The notes under the pieces: model-generated | Databases searched by the model: none | Told to the model about the DNA's origin: nothing | Seen by the model: only the letters and a program-made list of their open reading frames with translations | Shown: in pieces, positions 20,348 to 30,592 of the stretch | Layout: each line of letters begins with the position of its first letter | Numbering within the stretch: position 1 is the first letter of the stretch | Made by a program: the position numbers and the translations under genes | NCBI GenBank assembly: GCA_023515795.1 | Contig: JALGPX010000107.1 | Span: 1 to 41,307, forward strand | Length of the DNA stretch: 41,307 nucleotides | Direction: 5' to 3' | From: Amoeboaphelidium occidentale | Lineage: Eukaryota

Positions 20348-21458
20348 TCAGAACATTTGCCTGCGAAGTGGTTTTGTAAATTTAATAGACTAGTATCAGA
20401 ATGTTTGCTAGAGAACGCCTTTTATGGACTCGTGGAGAGGAAGGATGGCTTTGTGAATAATAATGAAGATATTGGCCGTGACATTGATCTAATGACTGAT
20501 CAAGTGAGACAGTTGCACGATAGATCATTGTAACGAATAGCACAGATGGGTTTGATGGAGTCGATTGATGAGTGTAAGATAAGAGATCCGCTACACTTAT
20601 AGAGATACTATGTTTCAGCGATTCTGTATTAATAAATTCCACTTTCCAGATACTAAACGAACCTTGTATCCATACATAACCGTCCCATACCGTTTCATCA
20701 TATCCACTGCCGTTTGCGGGGGGGGGGTAATATTGTATAACATTTGGGGGAAAACAGTATATGCACATCAAGTGATGATCTACCCGTCACGCGCCAAACC
20801 ATCTACGCGGTAATGGTGCATACACTATGATGTCATTTGATCACGTGATGATCTAAATTTCATCACCGATAAGTTTCGGTATTAAAGCCTGTGATGACAA
20901 TGGATATCGAATGAGAGGCAAAACGAAGGTGGTTTAGATCGAGACAGGTTACGACAAAAGCACTAAAGGTAAGCTGGTCTCGTGAGCAGTTTTAATAGCG
21001 AATCATTTTATCATTGTAGGAATAAGCCTAAGTATTCGCAGAAACCAAATAGAACATCATTTCGCAAGATCATATTTATTGTAGTTTGAAGCAGAAAACC
21101 TTTTCAGAAATAAAAACTGCTTCTTCTTGTTTCAAGGATACTCACGCTTCCAAAGAGTGCATTTCTTTTGTGCATTAATTTTGGATGTTACGAGTGTTTG
21201 AAAGCTCAGGAGATTGTGTGGTATCAGTGAATGAGTAGCAAACTCGAAGCATTCTTGAATAATGCAATGATTTGAAGTTAAAACCACAACCAGATCCTTT
21301 ATAAATGATCTGAAAGTAATATTACGTGAGTTACTTTGCGCATTATCGGTTAAGATGTCTGTTCTCATTGAAACCCAAACTTTTTTCCAAATTGATCACT
21401 TTCCGCTTGTTTTCACGAAATCGCTTGATTGCGATTCCAAACTGAACAACAGCAATAA

Positions 21459-22163
21459 ATGGATTATCACCAGAAACTTGACGCTGTTGAGCAGGATATC
21501 AAGGCATTAGAAAACAGTGAAGAGTACAAGGCTTTGGCCAAGAAGAATCGCGCCTGGGCTGATCCTAAGCTAACAGAAGCAGAAAAGGGCGAGTGGGGGC
21601 TATTAAAGGAAAAGCTTGATGAATTGAAGGAAAGAAGGCGGGATTACGTCCAAATCATTCTTTCAACGAATGCTCATTCAGTGGAGAAAGCGGATTCTAC
21701 ACGCAAAAAGTAAAAGAAAGACGCAGCCGTCAAGGATGAGAGATTATTGTTGTCAGATGTGGCGATTAAGATGTGGGAACGATTTAACTTCGCTTTGAAA
21801 TATGATGCTCCAACATTTGGAGATTTCATGGAAGCCGCTGGATTCGATGGAAAGGGAGCCGTGGCTTAAGTGTATGAATATTTCAGAAAGAGAAATCAAG
21901 GCAAGGTTGAGAAAGATGAGATCAAGGAGTCGCTTTCTAGGGCCGAATGGATCGCGCTACTAGATTTAAGTTCACATGTGAATCCACTTTTGCACCATCC
22001 ATTGGTGGAGAAGGAAGACGGGAGCCTTCGTCTGGTGTTGGAGCATGAAATTTATGAACAGAAAGCCGGGCTTTTTGGGAATCTCATTCATAAGTTGTAC
22101 GGGCCTGACAAGAAGGTTGACATCAAAGATGCCTCCAGTGATTCATCGGAAAGTTCGATTTAG
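21459..22163 (+). pseudogene. Single reading frame interrupted by two in-frame TAA codons (21711-21713, 21867-21869); coiled-coil N-terminus plus globular domain
   Basis: ORFs 21459-21713 and 21870-22163 are in the same frame. The intervening 51 codons are open and protein-like (KKDAAVKDERLLLSDVAIKMWERFNFALKYDAPTFGDFMEAAGFDGKGAVA). I found no productive intron that removes the stops. Confidence 0.7.
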
Positions 22164-22471
22164 AACGAGCCAATATATTCAATATTTGCACCTTTGATCT
22201 CTGTACATTTTCCTTTGAATGTTTCATCTTTGTATCTTGACCTCTAGTGTTTCTCTTTGACTCAAGCTGCTTGGACCCTTTACCTTAGTATGATCAGGTT
22301 TATTTCATGATAGTTCCGACGCGCGGCATTATCAAGCACATTCTAGACATGTTTTAGACATAGCCAACGCCCAAGACTCATCGCAAAACGATCCAATAGA
22401 GAACTACAGAGCACAACCACAAGTGAAGAACATCAAGGCGTGGTTACGATCTGTTTGAGGCATATTTTACG

Positions 22472-22583
22472 ATCGTTTATTTGGTACCAAAAAGTTACTG
22501 AAAAAGTATGATCATTTTCATTATATCATTATGACAAGAATGATAAAATAGGATCATTTTAAGTTTGGTACCAAATAAACGAT
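22472..22583. mobile_element. MITE-like element, 112 bp, with perfect 20-bp terminal inverted repeats
   Basis: ATCGTTTATTTGGTACCAAA (22472-22491) is the exact reverse complement of TTTGGTACCAAATAAACGAT (22564-22583). The interior is AT-rich and non-coding. TA dinucleotides lie 1-2 bp outside each end. Confidence 0.6.
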
Positions 22584-23035
22584 ATAACTTCTATCGTTTC
22601 GTTGAAATCACCATACAATTCTGTGCAAATTACTGTCAGGTTCCATCAGCGTGTACTCCACACAGATCATTAAGTCTCTCCAATATGATATTGAAACAGC
22701 GGAGCCTGATGAAGCGGAGCATATCTGAAGTTCCAAGTCACCAGTTAAGTCTCAGGGCTGTAGTATCATCAGTGCCGTGACTCTGAACGGCTGTTCATTG
22801 TGCAATTTCATAATCTTAATCGACTGTTAGTCCAATAGAAGCAATAAAAGAAGGTAAGAGGACTTTTCCGGGCGTTTTTATTACGTTTTCTCGCGTGAGG
22901 AGCTAACTCGGACTGCGCGGGCTCGTTTTTTAAACAAGTTTGCAAATCACAATACAACCATCTTTGCATTTGCTGTCGATCAAATGTTGCGTTGATCCGG
23001 CGGATTTTCATGTCAACTTTGACATAATTCCACGA

Positions 23036-24641
23036 ATGCTCGCGTTTTTGGCATTAATATTGCCTCTGGCCCTCGCTGGAAATGTTTTGAGGGGTTTATC
23101 AAGCAATCTCTACCAACCTGGATCTGGAACAGTTTGGCACTCACAGATGGATTCAGGTAATCATGTTGATATTGACGCGTAATCTTTTAGTCGAAGTATC
23201 TCTTGGGCCTGATTTCAAGCCAGGTACAAATAATATTGCAGCTTGTGAATTAAGAAGGGCTTCGTGGTGGGCCTGGTTCAATAATCACTTGGCGTCTTTC
23301 AAGCCACCAAAAGTTGATTTCACGCATGTTCGCTACTCTGGTCCTGTGGATATTCGATGCAGACTACCACATAAGGATGATGTTTTGACGTCTGAAAAGT
23401 TCATGTTCTGGGAATTCGGAGTATTTAGTAACAAGTTCAAAGAACAAGGCAAACTTGAAAGATTGTCTGATGGCTTGAAATTATCTGGTGTTGAGAACGC
23501 TCAAAGATTTTATGTTGAGTTGAGAGATCCTAAAACTGCACATAGGAAATCTTATATTGCCTTTAATGAAGCAGGTATTGCTCATATTCCGTCTAGAATG
23601 TATGATTACTCGGTAATTGTTGAACTCAAGAAATCTGTGTTCTACGGGCTTAGTTCAAAAGTTGTATTGCGTGAATTCGGTAGCAGACTTCCTAGTTACG
23701 ATAAGGATGCAGATGTGCCAGTTCCGTCAGAAGATTTTGTTGTTACTGCGGATAGAGAAGAGAAGAACGCACAAAGGAAAGATAAAGAACAGACCCCTGA
23801 AGAAGACGACTCGAATGTAGTTCCTGTAGCCGTTCCTATAGCTGTACCTTCTAACGAAGAAGCGGAAACTGAAGATCAACCTTCTTCGCGATTATCGCAA
23901 TCTTCAGACGCAAAGACTTCAAGCACTTTGGTGTCTGGATCTTCTGAACCTGTACCTGAAAAAGAAGGCGCTTCTAGCACAGATGCAGAATCAGATGCTG
24001 GGAGCTTAGCTAGAATGGATGCAGAATTATCTCAATGTGTTAAAGAAAAAGTCGAGCCTGTTTGTCAAGACAACCAATNNNNNNNNNNNNNNNNNNNNGA
24101 ACCTGTACCTGAAAAAGAAGGCGCTTCTAGCACAGATGCAGAATCAGATGCTGTGAGCTTAGCTAGAATGGATGCAGAATTATCTCAATGTGTTAAAGAA
24201 AAAGTCGAGCCTGTTTGTCAAGACAACCAATGCAGTCCAAAGAAAAAGAAAAATCTTGCCTACAGAGCTTACAGATACTGTCAAAAGCAAAGTTCTAAGA
24301 AGATGCAGAAGAGAAAGAAAGGAGAGAAAGAAAAGAAAGAACCCGAGTCTTTTCCTGTTGATGTGAAGTCTGATTTGTCAAGTGATGGTTCCGGACAATC
24401 TTCTACAAACCAGCAAGTTGCAAGAAAAAGCGGCAATGAAGATTCAGCTTCAGCGGCACCTGCATTTGTCAGCTCTGTTGATAGAGACGCTGTAAAAGCC
24501 GAAGAGGATCTAGAGACTTGTGTTCAACAAGAAATGGAACTTCATGAGAAGCAAAGTAAGAAGAGGCGTTTCAGTGTTGAAAGAGCTGTTAAAGTTTGTC
24601 AAAAGAAATTGCAACAGTTCTCTGGAAATAAGAATGAATAG
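23036..24641 (+). CDS. Orphan secreted protein (2 exons; contains an N-gap with an artefactual 133-bp duplication)
   Basis: Signal peptide MLAFLALILPLALA. Intron 23157-23190 (GTAATC...TTTTAG) joins in frame to VEVSLGP. A globular N-half is followed by acidic/Ser-rich linkers and two Cys-pair basic helices. Confidence 0.75.
23946..24231. repeat. 133-bp direct duplication flanking N-gap 24079-24098 (likely assembly artefact)
   Basis: 23946-24078 matches 24099-24231 except G24001/T24154. Confidence 0.9.
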
Positions 24642-24673
24642 AAGGAATGTTTTGAATATTTACATTTGTGATT

Positions 24674-25735
24674 CTATTTGTATCCGAATCGAGCCTTCTT
24701 CTGTTCATAGCCTATTCCCTCAGATGAAAAGTCTTGCCTGTAAATAAATTCAGATGTCCAACTTCGTCCATCATTAAGGAATTCAGAGCAATTTTTATCG
24801 CAGGAATAAATTAGCAAAGTTCCGAAATCAATCGCATTTGGATTTACATGATCGATATCAAGATAATTTAGCATCTGAGGCATTATTTGCATTTCTAAAG
24901 TACGTTGAGATCCACATAATTCGCAGTTAGGTACATCTTCACGAGTGAGTTTGCCTTGGTCAGCAACCCAAAGAGGTTCCAACCAGCTTCCATCATTATC
25001 GTCCTCAGTAAACGTTCGATAATACCGTATTACTTGTTTTCGATTGTGTTTCAGTTTCTTTTGAAATTTAAGGAATGCCTTATCAACGTCAGCTGAAGCC
25101 TTTTCGTATTCTTCATCTCCCCAAGGTTGATCATCTGCTTCTGGTGCAACAATAGTTTTAGTTGGTACAAGTGCCATTGTGTTGGCTACCCCTTCGCTAA
25201 GAGTTTCAATTTCTTCAGTTTCATCGTCCTCTTCTTCTTCTGTCTCTATGAAGGATGCCTTGAAACCAAATTTTACAGCTGTAACGTGATTTGCTTCAAG
25301 CGAGCTCTTGCATTCAGACTTATGATCATAGATGCTCCAATGCATAATCTGATGATCTTTGGAGCAATAATGGGCGCATTTACAGTTGGCACACGTGTAC
25401 GGAGCGTTTAACCCACAAACTGTACATGCAGAGCAATCTTTAGCCTCCAAAGCCATGTGTCTTACCACCTTGCAGCCATCCTTCCAATTTGTAGTAAAAC
25501 ACGTCTTGCATACAAAAACGTAAAGATTCCTGTGAATATCATCCATATCTGGCGCATAAAGCTGCAACAATAGTGACATTGCCTTTTCGCATCGCGCGCA
25601 CTTCAAATCATCTACATTAGCTGCTGCTCCATAGAAAACAGGATGCCCACCGATTCTAGACTCATAGCATGACTTCGTGTCTTTTCCCAGAGCAGATGCT
25701 TCTTCAGGTGAAATCACAAATCCCAAAGTCACCAT
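24674..25735 (-). CDS. PDCD2: PDCD2/Tsr4/Zfrp8 family uS5 chaperone with MYND zinc finger
   Basis: SRIGGHP, C..CEKAMSLLLQLYAP...RNLYVFVC, MYND finger CTVCG...CANCKCAHYCSKDHQIMHW...HKSEC, and PDCD2_C CELCGSQRTLEMQIMPQMLNYL...IDFGTLLIYSC. Confidence 0.93.
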   Translation of the reverse strand: MVTLGFVISPEEASALGKDTKSCYESRIGGHPVFYGAAANVDDLKCARCEKAMSLLLQLYAPDMDDIHRNLYVFVCKTCFTTNWKDGCKVVRHMALEAKDCSACTVCGLNAPYTCANCKCAHYCSKDHQIMHWSIYDHKSECKSSLEANHVTAVKFGFKASFIETEEEEDDETEEIETLSEGVANTMALVPTKTIVAPEADDQPWGDEEYEKASADVDKAFLKFQKKLKHNRKQVIRYYRTFTEDDNDGSWLEPLWVADQGKLTREDVPNCELCGSQRTLEMQIMPQMLNYLDIDHVNPNAIDFGTLLIYSCDKNCSEFLNDGRSWTSEFIYRQDFSSEGIGYEQKKARFGYK

Positions 25736-25748
25736 ATTGCGCCGTTTG

Positions 25749-25977
25749 AGTATTTCTGATCACTGAAAAATGAGAACTGTTCGGAGCATCCTTCTGCTGC
25801 AATTAATTGCGATACTCTTCAGCATACCCGCAGTTACCGCAGCCGTACCGGAANNNNNNNNNNNNNNNNNNNAGTATTTCTGATCACTGAAAAATGAGAA
25901 TTGTTCGGAGCATCCTTCTGCTGCAATTAATTGCGATACTCTTCAGCATACCCGCAGTTACCGCAGCCGTACCGGAA
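25749..25977. repeat. 105-bp direct duplication flanking N-gap 25854-25872 (likely assembly artefact)
   Basis: 25749-25853 matches 25873-25977 except C25777/T25901. Confidence 0.9.
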
Positions 25978-26729
25978 GATCAATTGGAACTTCAAATACA
26001 TGAAATTAATGATACCAACATTGATCAAATGATTACGACAGACTCAGAATGGCTTCTTGTCCTGTAAGCTTTCCTTGTATTTTAAGAAATATATTAAACT
26101 TTTAGATCAGCTCCGTGGTGTAGTGCCTGTAAGAGGTTCAAGAAGGATTTCATACAGCTTAAAGAGAAATTAGAGGATGAACCACTGGATCGCTTGGTTC
26201 AGCTTGGCTCTGTTAATACGGATGATAATACAAGTAAGAATTTGTTTCAGAGGAACATTTAACTGAACGAAAAGATATCGCAAGTAGATTCTATTTGACC
26301 TATTTGCCAAGTATTTATCACATAAAGAACAGACAAGTTCGATTGTTGGATTATGGGCTTCCCGTTCTGAGGCATTCACAGTACGCAAACAGGGACGCAG
26401 ATTCTTTGTACAATTTCTTAAAGAATAACATTTATGAGAAAATTGATCAGTGGTCATATGTGTTTAATCCATGGTCGGTGTTTGGTGTGTTTCTGGGATT
26501 CTTGGGTACGCTTGTAGGATTGTTACAGGTAATTCTTTTGCTTGAAACGCTAAATGGGATACGAACCTAATTTGTTTAGAAGGGTGTCAAAGCAGTTGCT
26601 GAGAGTTCACCTTATTTGAGTCAGGCTGGTGTCTGGTTTGGCCTTTTTATTGCGTTGGTGTTACTGACTGTGGCTCTTGTTTTAGCCTCAACCTACCAGC
26701 CACAACCCGCGCGAACCAAAAAGGACTAA
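25894..26729 (+). CDS. Thioredoxin-related transmembrane protein, TMX1-like ER oxidoreductase (4 exons; the 5' end is also present from ATG 25770 before the gap)
   Basis: Signal peptide, then EWLLVL-SAPWCSACKRF (CxxC active site), IASRFYLTYLPSIYHI, hydrophobic C-terminal segments and a ...RTKKD end. Introns at 26064-26105, 26234-26274 and 26529-26579. The ORF track catches only one exon. Confidence 0.85.
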
Positions 26730-26782
26730 ATAGACGTGAAACTTTGTTGCTAAAATATTTTTCTTATTGTGACGTGGTGGAA

Positions 26783-27808
26783 ATGTTGATCGGTTTGCTT
26801 GGTGGTGTCTCTTCCGGAAAGGCTCAAGTCGCTGAGTATTTAGAAAAGAACCTTGGCTTTAAAACTTTTCTTATGAAAAACTGGAGTGCTACTTACAATA
26901 ATGAGGATGGAATGACTGCTGATGAAGTTGATGAGTGGATGTTGGGTAGCTCCTATTGGAAAGATAACTGGATCTGTTATCCCATTACGTGTAAGAGTGA
27001 TTTTGATAAACTCAGAAGGAGGCCTTACTTTCTGTCCATTTGCGTTGACGCGCCACTGCTTGTGAGGTACAAGAGGTATATTAAAAAGTACAAGGAAATG
27101 AACAGTGATGTTGCAGACGAGAACAGTAAAAGCTCTGACAATGCCCCAATATATATTGTGACTCCAAAGCGCATGGCTGAGTCTCTGGAAGAGTTTATTG
27201 AGTTGGATCAGAAGTATGCTGGCGATTTCCATGCTATTCGTTTCGCTGATATTGTTATTGATAATTCTGGTTCCCTTGAACAACTACACAAGAATATCGA
27301 GTCATTTACGCCCGAAATTACTTCAAACTTACGGACCCGTCTCCACTGGGACGATTACTTTATGTTGTTGTCAGAGCTAGCAGCAAGAAGATCCAATTGT
27401 ATGAAACGCCGCGTTGGATGCGTGTTGACGAAAAATAACAGAGTTTTAGCTACAGGATATAATGGAACTCCTCGTGGTGCAGTTAATTGCTGTGATGGTG
27501 GATGCAAGCGGTGTAACAACGGCGCTAGATGTGGTCAGAGTTTGCAAGAGTGTTTGTGCATGCACGCAGAGGAGAACGCTCTGTTAGAAGTGGGAAGGGA
27601 AAGAATATCTGACGGAGAGGCGACATTGTACTGCAATACATGTCCATGTTTGTCTTGTGCAAAGAAAATTGCTCAGTGTGGAGTAAAGAAAGTTGTTTAT
27701 CATAAATCTTACGGAATGGATGATTTGACAAAAGAGCTGTTCTTGCAATGTGGTGTTATTCTACAGCAGCACACGCCGATATCTCATTTGTATCTCTTGA
27801 ACGAATAA
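26783..27808 (+). CDS. DCD1: dCMP deaminase, fungal type with N-terminal P-loop-kinase-like domain
   Basis: MLIGLLGGVSSGK...LRRRPYFLSICVDAPLLVRY, then WDDYFMLLSELAARRSNCMKRRVGC, ATGYNGTP, CMHAEENALLE, PCLSCAKKI. Confidence 0.95.
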   Translation: MLIGLLGGVSSGKAQVAEYLEKNLGFKTFLMKNWSATYNNEDGMTADEVDEWMLGSSYWKDNWICYPITCKSDFDKLRRRPYFLSICVDAPLLVRYKRYIKKYKEMNSDVADENSKSSDNAPIYIVTPKRMAESLEEFIELDQKYAGDFHAIRFADIVIDNSGSLEQLHKNIESFTPEITSNLRTRLHWDDYFMLLSELAARRSNCMKRRVGCVLTKNNRVLATGYNGTPRGAVNCCDGGCKRCNNGARCGQSLQECLCMHAEENALLEVGRERISDGEATLYCNTCPCLSCAKKIAQCGVKKVVYHKSYGMDDLTKELFLQCGVILQQHTPISHLYLLNE

Positions 27809-27820
27809 ATAGTCTTTTTT

Positions 27821-30526
27821 TTAGAGAATGTCATCCACTTTTGCAAGTCTCAGAATCTCTTCTGTATTTAGTCTCCAGTTTTGAGGATCTTTAGAGTATT
27901 TCAGCCATAGCTCGCCTTTGTTAGGTGCAGCCTCAACACATCGTTTGAGAACATTTTCTTGTTGCTCTATTCCGCCATTATCTTGCTCGAACCGATACAG
28001 GTATATCCAGCCATCTCCAAACTTTGGATCTGCAACTACTGCTTTGTTCAACCAACTTCGAGCTTTATCGACAGCTCTTTCAGACCAAAACATTTTACCA
28101 ACGGATAATAATATGTACGGATCGTTTTGCGCTTTCTTTAACGCATCTACTGATTTTGCTCGTCGTACAGCTCTTGGTTCTAATAGTAAAGATTCCGCAA
28201 GTAATTTTCCAGAAGATGGACAGGCTTGCAAACCCTTCGCCATAAGAGCTTTAGCCTGTGTCATGTTACCGCTTCGAACTTCCACTCTAACAGATTCTAA
28301 CCACAAATCTTCTCTTACTGGATTTGACAGCCGAGCTTGATCTAGTAAAGCTCTGACTCTTGCAAGGTTATTCTTTCTTTCAATTAACCGAGAATAAAGT
28401 ATCCACAAAGGAGCACTCTTGGGACATTTCTTGACTGCATCTGCGTATGTCTTCTCTGCTTCAACAGTGTTGTTAAGTTTGTCAAGTATCTGGCCCTTGA
28501 TCATCCAGAGCTTATCGAAAGTAGAATACTTCCTCAGCCCTTCTTCCAAAATAGAAAGCGCTTCTTCAAAATTACCAAGATTTCTTTCCAGTACAACGCT
28601 CTTCATCCAAATTTTTGGAGTATCTGCCACTTGTCTCGCATCTCTTAAAATATTTCTGCTTCTTTCATATTCATTCGATTCGATCTCCAGTTTCACAGCC
28701 GCCAACCATATTTTCTCATTCTTCTTATTGACTTCAAAAGCTTCCTGCAGAACTCTTCTGGCATCGTCTGTTTTACCATTCAGCCAATTCTCTTTGGCTC
28801 GCATCAACCACAAATCTGCAGCATTAGGGCAATACTTTACAGAATGTTTGAGCAACTCTTCTACTTGCTCCGGCGTTCCATGTTTCTTTTCCATGAAAGC
28901 AGCCTCCATCCAAACATAGTCGTCATTTGGGTGCTTCTTTAGGATTCGAGCATAAATCGCTCGGGCAGTGCCGATTGATCCCCTTGCTACAGACGCTTGT
29001 GCATCATCTAACCATGTGTCCAACTCGTTATCTTCGTCAACATCAATATTTAGAGTATGATTTATAATAGCTTGACAAGTATGAACGTATTCTGCCTTTT
29101 CACATTTCTCCGCTTCCAAAATCCATTGTTCTCGCGTAAGGTTCGATCCAACTTCAGCCAAAGTGTTTACAACAGTAGCAATAAACTTATCAACGCTTTC
29201 TAAATTGCCAGATGATTCTTCCAATTTGGCAGCTGCAATCCAAATTTCATGGTTAGTTGGAATTGCTTGAAATGCTTCGTTTAAAACATTCTTTGATTCT
29301 TCGTAACTTCCAAGTCTTGCTCTAGCAATCCAAAGTTCAACTGAATTTGGTATACAACGAGTTGCTTCCTGTAGCATTAACTTGGCGTCTTGGGGATCGT
29401 CTTCTAATTCTACAGCGGCTTTCCATAATTCAACAGAATCGACAATATTCTCTAGAGCATTACGCAAAATGCGCTTCTTGCCTTTTGTATCACTCTGCAA
29501 TTCAGCGGATTTAAGCCATAAACTAACAGAATCTGGCAGAAAATCAACGGCTTTTGCTAATATCGACCGAGCTTCATCTCCTGAATGAATTCTTGCTGTT
29601 TCCAACCAAATATCCTCACTCAATGGACATTCGTTACATCCTTTCTCGAGCAACTTTTTCGCGACACTAACTTTACCGTCTAATTCTTCAATACGAGCAG
29701 CTGCAATCCACCCAGGCGCATGTTTAGGATTAGACTGAACAACACTTCTCAATAATTCTCTGGCTCTCCTAATATCCCCAATTTCCGTATCGCTCTTTAC
29801 CATAATAGAACTCAATGAACTTAAATAACCTTTGGCATCAACTGTTGCCTTCTCAGCGTCTGCGTCCTTGTGCAGTTGATCCAATTTAGCACGTAACAAA
29901 TCATCCCTTGCTTTACTCATTCCACGCAAATCTGATCCTCCCATATCACCGCTCTCTTCATCTTCTTCAGTAACAGCCACACTGCGGCCAAGTTCAGTAG
30001 CAGAAGCACGAGCAGCTTGAAGAAGAGTATCAGGGGCCTTCGTAAAATAATCCTTCTCTTGCATCTTCTTTAATTTACGCCCTGCAGTAACAAGATCACC
30101 AGGATCAGGAATATTCGCCCATTCCTCCTCCGTTAATTTACCCAAATCTCTTTTTAAATCTTTAAATTGGTCCTGAACATCCACTTCCTTCTTTTCTTCC
30201 ACACGTTGTCGCTTCCTGGAACGCTCTGCCATTCTGTCGTCGATTTGCTGGTAAATCCTGTCCGCTTCCTCATCGTCCTTGTCATATGTTCCCAAAGAAA
30301 GAAGCCCTTCTTCGTTATCCGCAAAGCGTGAAGGATCATCTTGTAGTAAAGCCTTTGTGTCATTATCAACAGCTGAACCAAGTTCCGACGAAGTAACAAA
30401 TCCCTTTGCTCCTCTTCCAATGCCAGCAACATATCCCGGTGGCGCTACACGGTTGAAAGGTTACACGGAATTCCCTTAAAATGGATAATTACCTGGTTTA
30501 CCCAGAAAGTCTTTTCGTCCGAACAT
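27821..30526 (-). CDS. PRP6: Pre-mRNA splicing factor Prp6 (U5-102K), HAT repeats (2 exons)
   Basis: MFGRKDFLGKP-APPGYVAGIGRGAKGF across intron 30445-30492. Also YDKDDEEADRIY, EEWANIPDPGD, IGDIRRARELLRSV..NPKHAPGWIAAARIEE and many HAT repeats. Confidence 0.96.
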
Positions 30527-30592
30527 TTGAAAATCGCTTTGGAAATTATTGTGCTTTGCAAACTTTTTCTTAAGCGCTGCGAGTCGGTTCTG
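30527..30592. promoter_or_regulatory. Putative 66-bp bidirectional promoter between PRP6 and the USP gene
   Basis: The start codons are divergent and 66 bp apart. TTTTC is present in each gene's sense orientation (30529-30533 minus; 30565-30569 plus), with a GCGC core at 30574. Confidence 0.55.

Noticed and set aside
20343..20533. Possible extra 3' exon for the 18671 gene (intron 20343-20393, then ISECLLENAFYG...DRSL*)
   Set aside because: It needs a weak donor and skipping of a nearer AG at 20388 that gives an immediate stop. Unsupported without RNA-seq.
20382..21368. ORFs 20382-20771(-), 20610-20813(+) and 21132-21368(-)
   Set aside because: Short, no recognisable domain or signal peptide, and atypical composition.
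22700..22797. Possible box C/D snoRNA (TGATGA 22707, CTGA 22725 and ~22783, AACAGC/GCTGTT flanks)
   Set aside because: Box C lacks the leading purine, the terminal stem is not positioned next to the boxes, and I recognise no convincing rRNA-complementary guide. An Rfam or snoscan hit would be needed.
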